64,000 nt of DNA from an uncultured Gammaproteobacteria bacterium (GTDB taxonomy: Bacteria > Patescibacteriota > Patescibacteriia > Patescibacteriales > UBA12075), in the NCBI GenBank assembly GCA_964459725.1, contig CAYWNT010000005.1:27657-91656 (forward strand), in the 5' to 3' direction. The position numbers and the translations under genes were made by a program. Position 1 is the stretch's first letter. Every line of letters starts with the position of its first letter. The notes below the pieces were generated by a model. The model worked only from the letters and a program-made list of their open reading frames with translations. It was not told where the DNA came from and did no database searches. Positions 35,468-45,722 of this stretch are shown here, piece after piece.

Positions 35468-35971
35468 TTATCTGCAACAAAGCAAGTCGATTGCCTTTTT
35501 GATCACTTTTTTGCTGTCAATTGAATTAATATATTTTATTCCATCAATAGAATCTAAATTAATCCATTCTGGCATGTCAGCATATTCTAACTCCTCCTCA
35601 TCTAAATTATCCTTGGATATTTCTCCGCCCACTTTTTTGACTAAAAAATATATCAATGGACAATTCCAATATTTTCCTTTGTGTTTTTTTGAATGACTTG
35701 GATCAAAAAATGAAGTTTCAACATGGATAGGTTTCAACACTTCAATCTCAAGCCCTGTTTCTTCAATAAATTCTCTCTTGAGAGCCTCCTCAATTGTCTC
35801 GTGAATATCTGTTCCTCCTCCAGGAAAATCATAACCATCCCATTGTTTAGATAATAGAATTTTATTATTTTCAATTAGAATACCGTAGACTGACGGGCGG
35901 TATGTGAGTTTATTTGATTCTATTTCTGTTTTGTTTCCATTGAGATCATGGCATAATATTTTTTTCGACAT
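35468..35971 (-). CDS. Nudix hydrolase
   Basis: Nudix box GGGTDIHETIEEALKREFIEETGL. Confidence 0.8.
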   Translation of the reverse strand: MSKKILCHDLNGNKTEIESNKLTYRPSVYGILIENNKILLSKQWDGYDFPGGGTDIHETIEEALKREFIEETGLEIEVLKPIHVETSFFDPSHSKKHKGKYWNCPLIYFLVKKVGGEISKDNLDEEELEYADMPEWINLDSIDGIKYINSIDSKKVIKKAIDLLCCR

Positions 35972-35975
35972 ATTG

Positions 35976-36764
35976 TTATATTTTATACTTTTTATGCAAA
36001 TTTTTAATTCTTTTGCTATCTTCAGTTGAAATTTTATTATAATAATCTCTTTTATTCAATAGCCATAATAACTCAAACTCCAAAGCTTTTCGTATTCCTT
36101 TTCCGACTTGTCGTTTAAGCGCATTTGGACATTTAAATATTATTTTTCTAGTTTCAAATCCTGCAAAATTAGTTTTTGGAAGTTTATTGAAAAAATCTAA
36201 AGATTTAACATCAACAGACCCGCCAACTATAAATTTCAAATCTTTCTTCTTTGCTTTTTTAATAAGAGTTTCTGCTATTTCGAATAGCTTACCTGAATTG
36301 ATATCCTTCTTTGCAAGCCCGAGAGAACTAGACATGTCTGATCTACCCAAAACAATTCCTGATAATTTATTTATATTTTCTAACTCAAGCATTTCGTCAA
36401 AATTATTATATGCATCAATTGTTTCTATATTAGCAAAAAAAGAAATACCCTCTCTCTCCTCTTTTTCCGGAAAAGCTATATCTATTGCTGATAAATATTT
36501 TTTTAAAGCAAAGGGAGATTCAATCATCGGAGCTACAATACCGGAAACACCGATAAGTCTTGCATCATATAAATCCCTAATAGCTTCAGCACCCCCTGTT
36601 TTTATAGTTAAATCCAATCCAGCTTTAGTAACGATTTCTTTTAGGCGCAAAAGTTCAGTCAGACGACTTCCTTCTGCCTCAAATTCAGCCTTTACACCAA
36701 CAACCGAATATTCCTTCTTTAGTTCCTTTAGCATATTTAACATTTTTATTTCTAGTTTAGTCAT
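35976..36764 (-). CDS. HpcH/HpaI aldolase / citrate-lyase-beta-like family protein (tentative)
   Basis: VKAEFEAEG.., GIVAPMIESP.., ANIETIDA pattern resembles the TIM-barrel aldolase/citrate lyase family. Confidence 0.45.
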   Translation of the reverse strand: MTKLEIKMLNMLKELKKEYSVVGVKAEFEAEGSRLTELLRLKEIVTKAGLDLTIKTGGAEAIRDLYDARLIGVSGIVAPMIESPFALKKYLSAIDIAFPEKEEREGISFFANIETIDAYNNFDEMLELENINKLSGIVLGRSDMSSSLGLAKKDINSGKLFEIAETLIKKAKKKDLKFIVGGSVDVKSLDFFNKLPKTNFAGFETRKIIFKCPNALKRQVGKGIRKALEFELLWLLNKRDYYNKISTEDSKRIKNLHKKYKI

Positions 36765-36821
36765 ATTGCAAAAATAATAAAATAAATGGCGCTACCTGGG
36801 TAGCGCCAATAAAAATTTTAA

Positions 36822-38267
36822 TTACTGAAAAATAATTTCCCATTTTACAGAATCAGGAGAATCTTGAATTGATACCCCCTTGGATTTTAATTCCTCCTTT
36901 ATACTGTCAGCCTGCTCATAGTCCTTCATATTCTTAGCAGATTGACGCTCTTCTAATTTTGAGTTAATGAAATCCTCAGTTAAATTCCTCTCTGCAAGAA
37001 TTTTTTCTTTTAACCTTGAAAGATATTCACTTGGATCTTCCTCAAAAAGCCTCAAAACAGAAGAAACTTTGTTAAAGATTTGGAAAAAGGATTGAAAGAT
37101 GCCAGTCTTTTCTTCCGCGGAGTATTTACTGGAATCAATAACCTTATTCAACTCTTTGAATATTTCTGTAATTTCAGAAATCACCCTTGGAGTATTAAAA
37201 TTATCATCCATTAACTCATTAAACTTTTTCTCAAAATCGGCAATAATTCCCGGAACTCGATTCAAGTCAACCTTGATATCCGCATCATTAGCAAATTCCT
37301 CCATTCGCAAAAGAGTTGTATAAAAATAGTGAAGTCGCTTCCTGGCATTTAGAAATAAGTCATCTGAAAAATCAACATTGGAACTATAAGTATGAGTAAG
37401 TATCACATACCTGATTTCCTCTGGGAAATACTTTTTCAAGGCATCCTTAACTGTTAAAAAATTTCCCAAACTTTTACTCATCTTAGTTCCGTTGATCATT
37501 ACTAGACCGTTATGAACCCAGTATTTTGCAAAAGTTTTACCTGAATAAGCTTCGCTTTGAGCAAGCTCATTTTCATGATGAGGAAATATTAAATCCAGTC
37601 CGCCTCCATGAATATCTATCTCATCGCCAAGATATTTATGAGCCATTACCGAACATTCAATATGCCATCCCGGTCGCCCTTTTGACCAAGGAGAGTCCCA
37701 ATATGGCTCACCCGGCTTATGAGGCTTCCACAGAGCAAAGTCATTGTTATTTTTCTTGCGCGGTGATTCGTCAGAATTTATCAGATCATCCCTTTTTCTG
37801 TTGGAAAGCTTGCCATACTCGACAAACTTATCAAGATCAAAAAATACTTCGCCCTCAACAACATAGGCAAATCCCTTATCAATGAGAGCTTGAATATATT
37901 CTATTATATCAGAAATGCAATCAGTGACTTTTGGCTCATGAGTGGCGTGACGCACTTTAAGTTTTTCCAGATCTTCTGAATTTTCTCTGATATAATGCTC
38001 GCTTACCTCTATTGCTTCTCTGCCTTCCTCGTTTGCTCTTTTGATTATCTTATCATCTACATCTGTAAAATTTCTTACATATGTAATCTTATATCCAAGA
38101 TATTCAAAATAAGCCCTGATAACATCATACACAACTGCCTGCCTGGCATGCCCGATATGAATTTCATCATAAGGGGTTATTCCGCAAGCATACATTTTTA
38201 ACTCCCCCTCTGACAGCGGTACAAAATCTTCCTTTTTCCTTGTTAAAGAACTGTATATTTTTATCAT
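36822..38267 (-). CDS. cysS: Cysteinyl-tRNA synthetase
   Basis: HIGHAR and KMSKSLGN class-I motifs; CGITPYD N-terminus. Confidence 0.97.
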   Translation of the reverse strand: MIKIYSSLTRKKEDFVPLSEGELKMYACGITPYDEIHIGHARQAVVYDVIRAYFEYLGYKITYVRNFTDVDDKIIKRANEEGREAIEVSEHYIRENSEDLEKLKVRHATHEPKVTDCISDIIEYIQALIDKGFAYVVEGEVFFDLDKFVEYGKLSNRKRDDLINSDESPRKKNNNDFALWKPHKPGEPYWDSPWSKGRPGWHIECSVMAHKYLGDEIDIHGGGLDLIFPHHENELAQSEAYSGKTFAKYWVHNGLVMINGTKMSKSLGNFLTVKDALKKYFPEEIRYVILTHTYSSNVDFSDDLFLNARKRLHYFYTTLLRMEEFANDADIKVDLNRVPGIIADFEKKFNELMDDNFNTPRVISEITEIFKELNKVIDSSKYSAEEKTGIFQSFFQIFNKVSSVLRLFEEDPSEYLSRLKEKILAERNLTEDFINSKLEERQSAKNMKDYEQADSIKEELKSKGVSIQDSPDSVKWEIIFQ

Positions 38268-38360
38268 AGTTTTTCTCCTTAGTTTTTATTTATTATAACT
38301 ACAATTTAATATATTTAACACTTAATGTCAACTAAAATAAGCTAAAATATGACGTATTTA

Positions 38361-39437
38361 TCATGTTTTAGATGAACTTGCAATGATATTTAACACATAG
38401 CTCATTATTTTATCTATTCCAGTCGTTATTCTGACATATTTTTCCAGTGGGCTACCAAAAACTCTATACTCTATATTATTCTTTCCCAAACTTTCTAAAA
38501 TTTCCTTTTTCTTGTCTCCAAAATCAACCAGAACAAAATTTCCCCCTCTTTCAACAACCTTATATCCTAAATCTTTTAAACCATCTGCGAACTTACTCCG
38601 TGAGACAACAATATCCTTTACAGCACTCTTTAAATATTTCTTGTTGGAACAAATAGCCACAATTGCATTTACTGCCAAAGAGCTTACCTCCATCATCGGC
38701 TTAAATTTTTCTATCATATCAGCTAAACGTTCAGAGGTTAAAATATATCCAATTCTCAGTCCTGCCATTCCTATATTTTTTGAAAAGCTTCTTATGATAA
38801 TAAGATTCGAAAAATCCTCTAACAAGACAGAGGTATCGATATCTCCAAAGTCGGCATAAGTTTCATCAATAATGACTACTGTATTTTGTTTTTCTGCTTT
38901 TTCTACTAAACTACGAATTTCAAAAACTGAAAAGACAAATCCGGTAACTCCACTTGGATTGGCAATAATTACAGCTTTCGTTTTTGGCTTAAGCAAGGAC
39001 AATAAATTATCCGATGAACATGCTCCGTCTTTATCACAAAATATTTCAGAAAATTTACAATTCAATAAAGATGCATGAATTTTGTACATTAAAAAAGTTG
39101 GCGATATAGTGGCAATCTCATCTCCCGGATCACAAAAGGTTTCAAGTGTCATTTTTATAGCCGCATCAGCACCACTTGTTAATAGCAATCTGTCTCGGGG
39201 TTGAGATAAGTATTTAGAAAGCGAATCATAGGCCTGATTGATCTCCGGATAAGAGCTGGCTATCTCTTTGGTGAAACCGTCCATCATCTCTTTAAATAGC
39301 TTTTCAGGCATAGATGGCACATATTCATTCATTCCAAGCCTGATCTTGTTTTGTCTAGTTTTATAATTCTGCCTTAGTCGCTCAATATTATTTGCATGTT
39401 TTCTGCATGAAATCATATAATTATTTTTGATTATCAT
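38361..39437 (-). CDS. PLP-dependent aminotransferase, class I/II (HisC-like)
   Basis: SFSKNIGMAGLRIGY PLP-lysine motif; N.Y.P. region. Confidence 0.8.
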   Translation of the reverse strand: MIIKNNYMISCRKHANNIERLRQNYKTRQNKIRLGMNEYVPSMPEKLFKEMMDGFTKEIASSYPEINQAYDSLSKYLSQPRDRLLLTSGADAAIKMTLETFCDPGDEIATISPTFLMYKIHASLLNCKFSEIFCDKDGACSSDNLLSLLKPKTKAVIIANPSGVTGFVFSVFEIRSLVEKAEKQNTVVIIDETYADFGDIDTSVLLEDFSNLIIIRSFSKNIGMAGLRIGYILTSERLADMIEKFKPMMEVSSLAVNAIVAICSNKKYLKSAVKDIVVSRSKFADGLKDLGYKVVERGGNFVLVDFGDKKKEILESLGKNNIEYRVFGSPLEKYVRITTGIDKIMSYVLNIIASSSKT

Positions 39438-40644
39438 TGTAATCTTTTAAATCAAGATTTAATGAATGTCTAATTCTGTTCATTATTTTATTTGTAACAC
39501 TCCCCCAGTCTGTTGCCACAGCAATTCCATTTTCAGTTAATTTTTCCTCGCATTTTTTTATTCTTTTTTTCACATCTTCTTCAGAAATCTGATTTTCATA
39601 CTCACTTGCCTCAATTGCAGAATGTGGCATAAATGCGCTTGCGACAACATGTCTTGGAGAATGCTTGATAACAAAATTAATTGATTTTTCAACATCACTC
39701 TCACTTTCTCCTGGATAACCAAACAAAAGATGAGTTGAAAAATTATTAAATTTTATTTTATTAAAATCACTAAATAATTTATCTATTTGTTTATAATTAT
39801 ATTTTCTGCGCATTGAAGATAATATCTTATCAGAAACTGACTGTATTGGTATATTGAGATATATAATCGTTCCTTCTTCAATTAGCTTCATCATTTGCTC
39901 ATAATATTCTAAAAAATGCTCTGGATTTAATTGAGATATTCCGATTTTTATATCATCTCTAATTTCTTCTTTCAATCTATTGATCAATTGTGGCAACGAA
40001 CTGCCTGTATCTTTGCCGTATTCCCCGCTACTATCAGCTAAAAACATAACCCTATTTGTATCACTCTCCTTGGTGGCTTTTTTGCAATCGTTAATAAGAT
40101 CATCTTCTACAAAACTTCTAAAAACAGGGAACATTTGTCTTTCTGAGCAGTAACTGCAATTATTAGTGCACCCCTCGCAAATATTCAATTTAACATATTC
40201 ATCTTCAAAACAAATATTATCTAATGGGTGTTTTTTTCTATGCTCAACCGCACTTTCAACAAGCTTGTTTTCTGCTAATTTAAGTTTTGTGTTTTTCAGC
40301 TCAGATTTATTCTCAGATAAAATATTTTCAAAAAGTTTTTTTCTGTCTCTCCATGGGACAACCTCTATATCTAATTCAGATTTTATCTTTGATGTAAATT
40401 CATTATCAAACGTACACCCAATATAGACAATTTTAGCTGGATTATTTTGTTTTAATTCCTTGGCGACCAAAAAAGAGAAATCACGCCAATCAGCACGAAA
40501 TTCACAACCCCAAACAAAAATAATGTCCGCCTCAGCTTGGCTATCTACAATTTCATGGTTACTCTTATCGACAAAGTCCATGTATTGTCTAATATTTACT
40601 TTTCTTGTATTGCATGGATTTAAATTTGCAAAAAATATTTTCAT
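39421..40644 (-). CDS. Radical SAM protein, MiaB/RimO-like methylthiotransferase architecture (no TRAM seen)
   Basis: MTTase-like N-domain (..EADIIFVWGCEF..), CEGCTNNCSYCS CxxxCxxC cluster. Confidence 0.7.
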   Translation of the reverse strand: MKIFFANLNPCNTRKVNIRQYMDFVDKSNHEIVDSQAEADIIFVWGCEFRADWRDFSFLVAKELKQNNPAKIVYIGCTFDNEFTSKIKSELDIEVVPWRDRKKLFENILSENKSELKNTKLKLAENKLVESAVEHRKKHPLDNICFEDEYVKLNICEGCTNNCSYCSERQMFPVFRSFVEDDLINDCKKATKESDTNRVMFLADSSGEYGKDTGSSLPQLINRLKEEIRDDIKIGISQLNPEHFLEYYEQMMKLIEEGTIIYLNIPIQSVSDKILSSMRRKYNYKQIDKLFSDFNKIKFNNFSTHLLFGYPGESESDVEKSINFVIKHSPRHVVASAFMPHSAIEASEYENQISEEDVKKRIKKCEEKLTENGIAVATDWGSVTNKIMNRIRHSLNLDLKDYNDNQK

Positions 40645-40679
40645 AAAAACAAAATTTATTTATTTAAAATGTATAATAA

Positions 40680-41981
40680 TTATCTAACACGTGGTTTATA
40701 TCCATCTGCTAAAGCTGGTGACTCCTCCAATAGTCGCTTGAATATGTCATCTTCATTTTCTAATAACGGCATTCCTAAAAAATCTGATTCCAATTTTCCT
40801 GATTTTTTACTATGGATTAGTTTTTCAAATCTGCCTGTTAGCCATTCAGCATTCCAAAAATCTTTCAACTGGAAACAGTACCTTGATAATAAATGATAAA
40901 GAACGTTATAAGCCTTAATATCATAATCATACTTACGAGATAAATCATCCTCAACATTCTGTAAATTATCAGATGTGGCCACAGAGTTTATTTCGCATTT
41001 TCCAATAGTAAAAATCTTCTTTCCCCAAAAAGCTCCATGATAAGCCACTGTTGAATTAAGCGAGATTATACCGTCCACCATGGGCGTAAGCCATTGAGAG
41101 CAGAAAGCATAATGATCAAAACTTTCATTATAGCGTAAATTAGGAAATTTGCTCATTAAATACTTTTCTGTCACTTCAGGTATTTCCCCTTTCATCTGCA
41201 AGCTATGTTTTGTAAATAATACAATTACATCTTTTGGCACATTATGCATTACATGCAACAAAAAATCTAATTGACTTTTATATATCGAAGCTGAATCATT
41301 TATTATCACACCATTATATGATAAAGGCACAAGTAAAACCTTTTGATCGGGATAATCTATTAGATCTTCTCTTTTAAAAGGATTATGGGGTTTAAATATC
41401 TTATCTTCGTATCTCTTTTTAAGCTGAATCATCCTATTAGTTTGTTCTTCTGTAATATTCTTATTCCTTATTTGTTCTAAAAATACATATGGATATGAAT
41501 TTGACAAAAAACCAAATGGATCCAATTGGCAAAGATATGGATAAGGAGGACGAGAAAAAATACCGTTTTCAAATTGCATTGATAGCGCCTTAGGATAACA
41601 CTTTTTCCAAATTAAAACCGGCGTAGTAAACGATATAATTACATCAGGATTCCAGTTGCTTAATTCTTTTTTGACTAATTTTTTAAATAATTTTTTCTGC
41701 TTATCCGTGTCTTTATTTTCATGTTGTGTTTTATGCGCTTCATAGTGATTGGGATATATTTCATATAAATCCTTGAATGGCATAGTGTAAATATCACAAG
41801 ATATTTTCAAGTTTTTATCCTTGATGACTTCCAGTATATCTTCACCAACTAACAATTTTACATCATGTCCGTAATTACTCAGAGCCTTGATTGATGAAAT
41901 AAAAATATTTTCTAATGTGTATAATTGGTCTCCTGCGATATCTCTATATATCCACGGATCTAGGGCAAATAAAATTTTCAT
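40680..41981 (-). CDS. Hypothetical; capsule-polysaccharide (KpsS/KpsC-like) glycosyltransferase resemblance
   Basis: 433 aa; LLVPLSYNGVIINDSASIY..VLFTKHS resembles the Capsule_synth pattern (weak, by eye). Confidence 0.35.
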   Translation of the reverse strand: MKILFALDPWIYRDIAGDQLYTLENIFISSIKALSNYGHDVKLLVGEDILEVIKDKNLKISCDIYTMPFKDLYEIYPNHYEAHKTQHENKDTDKQKKLFKKLVKKELSNWNPDVIISFTTPVLIWKKCYPKALSMQFENGIFSRPPYPYLCQLDPFGFLSNSYPYVFLEQIRNKNITEEQTNRMIQLKKRYEDKIFKPHNPFKREDLIDYPDQKVLLVPLSYNGVIINDSASIYKSQLDFLLHVMHNVPKDVIVLFTKHSLQMKGEIPEVTEKYLMSKFPNLRYNESFDHYAFCSQWLTPMVDGIISLNSTVAYHGAFWGKKIFTIGKCEINSVATSDNLQNVEDDLSRKYDYDIKAYNVLYHLLSRYCFQLKDFWNAEWLTGRFEKLIHSKKSGKLESDFLGMPLLENEDDIFKRLLEESPALADGYKPRVR

Positions 41982-41986
41982 TTTGT

Positions 41987-42715
41987 TTATTTGTTATTTT
42001 TTAACCAATTCTTGCACGACTCAATATCTCCCTTTTCATGTACATCGGGCCCGCCATCCAAAATTAAAGACTTAATATTGTCACCCATAAATGTCCAAGG
42101 CTGTTGCCCCTCTTTAGCTTGAATAGATTTCGAAATTCGTAAAGTCCAAAAATTATGACATAAAAAATAATTATCAGGTAAATCTTGCCTGTTAGTAGAT
42201 ATACTCTTTTTCGGAAAATTAAAATATGTCTGAAGAAAACCTTTGTTATTAATAAATTTAGCTCTATACGGATGATGATCATTTTGAGGATACACAGGGA
42301 CAACAGCTGATGCTTTTTTGTCTTTAGCTAATAGCTCGATACTCTCCTCAATCCATTCAGGTTTAAAATATACGGTATTGCCCAATAACACCACTAAAAT
42401 ATCAGGAATATAAGAATCTTTAGTTTTCATAACGGAGAGGGCATGATGTATGGCATCAACATGCAAAGATGTAGGACGTGATATTTTTTTTGGTCTTACA
42501 ATTTTCTTATAGCCCTCTTTATCTCCCAGGCGCAATATCTCTTGATCATCACTGCTTATATAGTAACTATCGATGCTATGACATTTTTTTGCAACACTAA
42601 TCGGATACCAGACTAATGGCTTTTTGTTAACCAAAATAAGGTGTTTATTAGCTAAGGTATTATTTCCTCTAGCAGTAACAAGAGCGGCTATTTTTAATTT
42701 TTTATTATTTGGCAT
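41987..42715 (-). CDS. Acylneuraminate/CMP-sugar cytidylyltransferase family protein
   Basis: KIAALVTARGNNTLANKHL..KPLVWYPI..ISSDDQEI matches the NeuA/KdsB-like N-terminal pattern. Confidence 0.7.
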   Translation of the reverse strand: MPNNKKLKIAALVTARGNNTLANKHLILVNKKPLVWYPISVAKKCHSIDSYYISSDDQEILRLGDKEGYKKIVRPKKISRPTSLHVDAIHHALSVMKTKDSYIPDILVVLLGNTVYFKPEWIEESIELLAKDKKASAVVPVYPQNDHHPYRAKFINNKGFLQTYFNFPKKSISTNRQDLPDNYFLCHNFWTLRISKSIQAKEGQQPWTFMGDNIKSLILDGGPDVHEKGDIESCKNWLKNNK

Positions 42716-42726
42716 ATTTAAATCAA

Positions 42727-43716
42727 TTATTTTTTTATTTCTAAAAATCTATAAGAGCAACTATCACAGCAAGAGTTATTATGGGACAAGCCCCGTTTGT
42801 GTGATTCTCTTAGTTGATTCATGATTTCTCCATTCCACATTTCTTTTAGGCTATTTTCTTTTGCATTACCAAGATACAAATCTTTATTATTTTTCACCCC
42901 ATGAAACAGACATGGATAAACTGATCCATCCCACAGCACAACAAGTCTCTGCCATAAGAAATTACAACAAAAAGATGATGAAATAACACCGGTGTAGTCA
43001 TGCTCACCTGTTTCTTTTCTATAATCTATCATGCCCACTTCATCAGCCAAAGAACTCCAAAGATTTTTAAACTCATTAATATGAGGCTTTAAATCATCTT
43101 GCAAAACTGCCTGAATCCGTATTTGCGGATATTTTGAATCCGTTTCATCTCTATATTTTTTTAAATTCTGAATATTTGTCTTTACGGTTTTGAAATCTGC
43201 TCCAACCTGACAAAGATTAAAAGATTTTTCATCCCAGCCACCGACAGAAATTGAAATCCTTGGAATCTGCAAATCAACTAACTTACGGGAAATCTCTTTT
43301 GACAAAAGCATGCCATTGGTATTGAAATAAAAATCAATTAATTTTGATTTTTTTGCTAATTCTAAAAAATTAACCAACTTATCATGAAGCAAAGGCTCCC
43401 CCCTTAAACTGAATTTCATGCTATATCCATTCTCTTTATTTACTTCATCAATGATTTTTCCAACAATATCTTCATCTATATAACCGACTTCATTATCCCC
43501 CCAATTTTTTTTAGTCCGAGCACAATAAGGGCAACTCAAATTGCATGCATTGGTAACTTCTAAATCAATATTAAGCGGAAAATCAGCAACTCTGCCTTGT
43601 TTTGGATTTTCCTCCCATGACTTTCTGTAATTCTTATAAGCCTTATTAAAACTTTGACTATCATGAATTGAATTAGTGCTAATAGTGCTATAATTTGTTG
43701 TATAGTTTTTACTCAT
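42727..43716 (-). CDS. Radical SAM / SPASM-domain protein
   Basis: VTNACNLSCPYCAR cluster; C-terminal CCNF..GSVYPC..CCDSCSY auxiliary-cluster cysteines. Confidence 0.75.
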   Translation of the reverse strand: MSKNYTTNYSTISTNSIHDSQSFNKAYKNYRKSWEENPKQGRVADFPLNIDLEVTNACNLSCPYCARTKKNWGDNEVGYIDEDIVGKIIDEVNKENGYSMKFSLRGEPLLHDKLVNFLELAKKSKLIDFYFNTNGMLLSKEISRKLVDLQIPRISISVGGWDEKSFNLCQVGADFKTVKTNIQNLKKYRDETDSKYPQIRIQAVLQDDLKPHINEFKNLWSSLADEVGMIDYRKETGEHDYTGVISSSFCCNFLWQRLVVLWDGSVYPCLFHGVKNNKDLYLGNAKENSLKEMWNGEIMNQLRESHKRGLSHNNSCCDSCSYRFLEIKK

Positions 43717-44452
43717 TTATATTTTTGAAATACTTAAATAATAATTCATCAAATGATGTCAGTGGTATTCCTTTTAATTTCTCTTCCTCCATCTGCATCT
43801 GATAAATATTTTTTGAATCAACAAGACATTCCGCCAATCCCGGGCTTTTTCTTTCGTTGGCTATGGCAATACCGCTATCAGCTTTTTTTAACATTGGGGC
43901 ATCAATTCTACTATCGCCAAATGCTATAACTTTCTTGCCTGCTTTGCGTAACTTTTTTACAATTTCAAATTTGATATCAGGATCAACTATAAAATCATCA
44001 AAATCAAAATAATTTCCACCCACCAAGACTACATTATTCCAATCATTTGATTTAATAACATTTTCCCATAATAGCTTTATCCCTGAAGTAACCACAATAA
44101 CCAAGGGTAATGTATTCATAAATTCATTCCAGCCTTTACGCAACTCAACAAATTCTGAACTTTTATTACAATATTTAATGTAATCATCTTTTTCGATTTG
44201 TGAATATGTATTTGCCGCTTTTAAAAATCCCTTAAAATTCCTACCTGTTTTAATAAAATCCGATCTAAAATCAATCCATGACTGCTTATTGAAATTCATC
44301 TCCCAAAAAATGCGTGACGTATCCTTTGTTGACACAGTCTCATCAGCATCTGTTACTACTATACATTGATCATCTATATTACTTATCAAATCATCAAAAT
44401 ATGAATTAAACTTTTTTAAATTTTCATTTTTATTGTATTGAAATTTTTTCAT
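43709..44452 (-). CDS. HAD-superfamily phosphatase-like protein
   Basis: VVTDADETV (DxDxT) and AFGDSRIDAPML (GDxxxD). Confidence 0.55.
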   Translation of the reverse strand: MKKFQYNKNENLKKFNSYFDDLISNIDDQCIVVTDADETVSTKDTSRIFWEMNFNKQSWIDFRSDFIKTGRNFKGFLKAANTYSQIEKDDYIKYCNKSSEFVELRKGWNEFMNTLPLVIVVTSGIKLLWENVIKSNDWNNVVLVGGNYFDFDDFIVDPDIKFEIVKKLRKAGKKVIAFGDSRIDAPMLKKADSGIAIANERKSPGLAECLVDSKNIYQMQMEEEKLKGIPLTSFDELLFKYFKNINE

Positions 44453-45312
44453 ACTTCTATCAACGAAATCATCTCGTGATGATATTTTTTTGAAGTAGTT
44501 AACAAAATAAATCCCTCTATTAATAATTCATCATCTTTTAATGTTAAAAAATTACGTATATCAACAGGTTTATTTTCAAAAGATCCAATAAATCCTCCGC
44601 CCTCATTTACTGCTAAGGCTAAAAATCCAAAATCTAAAAGAGGGATCCTTGATACGCAGTATGCCTGTATTTCACCTTTCATAAAAGCCAAGATGTTATA
44701 ACAACCAGATCTATACACTTTTTTCTTGGTAAACTGAGATAGGTCGTTATTAACACTTGGACTTACGCTGATTGAATTATTCAAAGAAAAATTTTCTTGT
44801 TTTAAATAACATCGCTCATCATCAACATAAGCTCCTAAATTTTTCGCCGCATATACCAAGATATTCTGTTCGGGATAAAAAACCACTCCAGCAATTATTT
44901 CAAATCCATACGCCAAAGAAATAAAAATTCCATATTTATCAGAATTAATTGAGTTTTTTTCAATGTAGTTTCTGGTGCCGTCTATAGGATCAATCAAAAA
45001 TGTATATTTATCTTTCTTTAATTTGCCACTATGGGAAAACTGGGATGCAAGATTAGCTATTTCATCATTATTTTCCTCGGCGTAAACTCCACAAAAATTA
45101 AAAGATTCCAGAAGAACTTTCATGATAATTTTTTGGCACTCTAAATCAGCCATTGTTAACGCTGTCTTATTGTCATGCAGAATTGGATTTTCATCATTAA
45201 ACTGTTTGTCAAGTTTTCCGATATCTTTAATATTTTCACGCATGTCCAAGGCTGTTGCCCCTGCTTTTTTAACAGCTTTTTTCATATCCAAGAGACACTT
45301 TTCAATATCCAT
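44449..45312 (-). CDS. Inositol monophosphatase family protein
   Basis: FLIDPIDGTRNY motif; 4-nt overlap with downstream HAD gene. Confidence 0.75.
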   Translation of the reverse strand: MDIEKCLLDMKKAVKKAGATALDMRENIKDIGKLDKQFNDENPILHDNKTALTMADLECQKIIMKVLLESFNFCGVYAEENNDEIANLASQFSHSGKLKKDKYTFLIDPIDGTRNYIEKNSINSDKYGIFISLAYGFEIIAGVVFYPEQNILVYAAKNLGAYVDDERCYLKQENFSLNNSISVSPSVNNDLSQFTKKKVYRSGCYNILAFMKGEIQAYCVSRIPLLDFGFLALAVNEGGGFIGSFENKPVDIRNFLTLKDDELLIEGFILLTTSKKYHHEMISLIEV

Positions 45313-45493
45313 TATAAAATTTTTACTTTAAAAAAAATAGTGCTAAACCACTATTGTGTATAACTTAAAAACTCCCAAAAGTCAAGGGGAAAATCAATCA
45401 TAAAATCAATCATAAATTATTATTACCTAATCCCGAGATCTTATTGTAATCCATATTATTGAAATAGTTTAATTAATTACTCGTGTTGCACAT

Positions 45494-45700
45494 CTATGCA
45501 TCATCTGAATCATTATATTCATCTAATAATTTTTTCATTCTCCTCATCTTATCCTTGGCCAATATTCTATTCCCTTCAGGCAGTACTGGCCTCAATACTT
45601 CATACAACATATTCAAGCTCAATAATAACTGTTTTTGCATATCCAAATAAGCCTCCTTTCCCTCCTCCCACAATTTGTCTTCTGTCTTTTTATTATTCAT
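45494..45700 (-). CDS. Hypothetical helical protein (68 aa from ATG 45700)
   Basis: MNNKKTEDKLWEEGKEAYLDMQKQ..; the longer track ORF to 45736 starts at TTG. Confidence 0.4.
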   Translation of the reverse strand: MNNKKTEDKLWEEGKEAYLDMQKQLLLSLNMLYEVLRPVLPEGNRILAKDKMRRMKKLLDEYNDSDDA

Positions 45701-45722
45701 ACCTATAGAGCTATCACAGTGT

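Noticed and set aside
42064-42303. 79-aa minus-strand ORF within the cytidylyltransferase gene
   Set aside because: It is out of frame with and nested in the 242-aa cytidylyltransferase gene, and its translation is I/L/F-rich.
45391-45415. Short tandem duplication AAATCAATCAT x2 upstream of the IMPase-family gene
   Set aside because: There are only two copies of an AT-rich 11-mer. That is too little to call a regulatory repeat.
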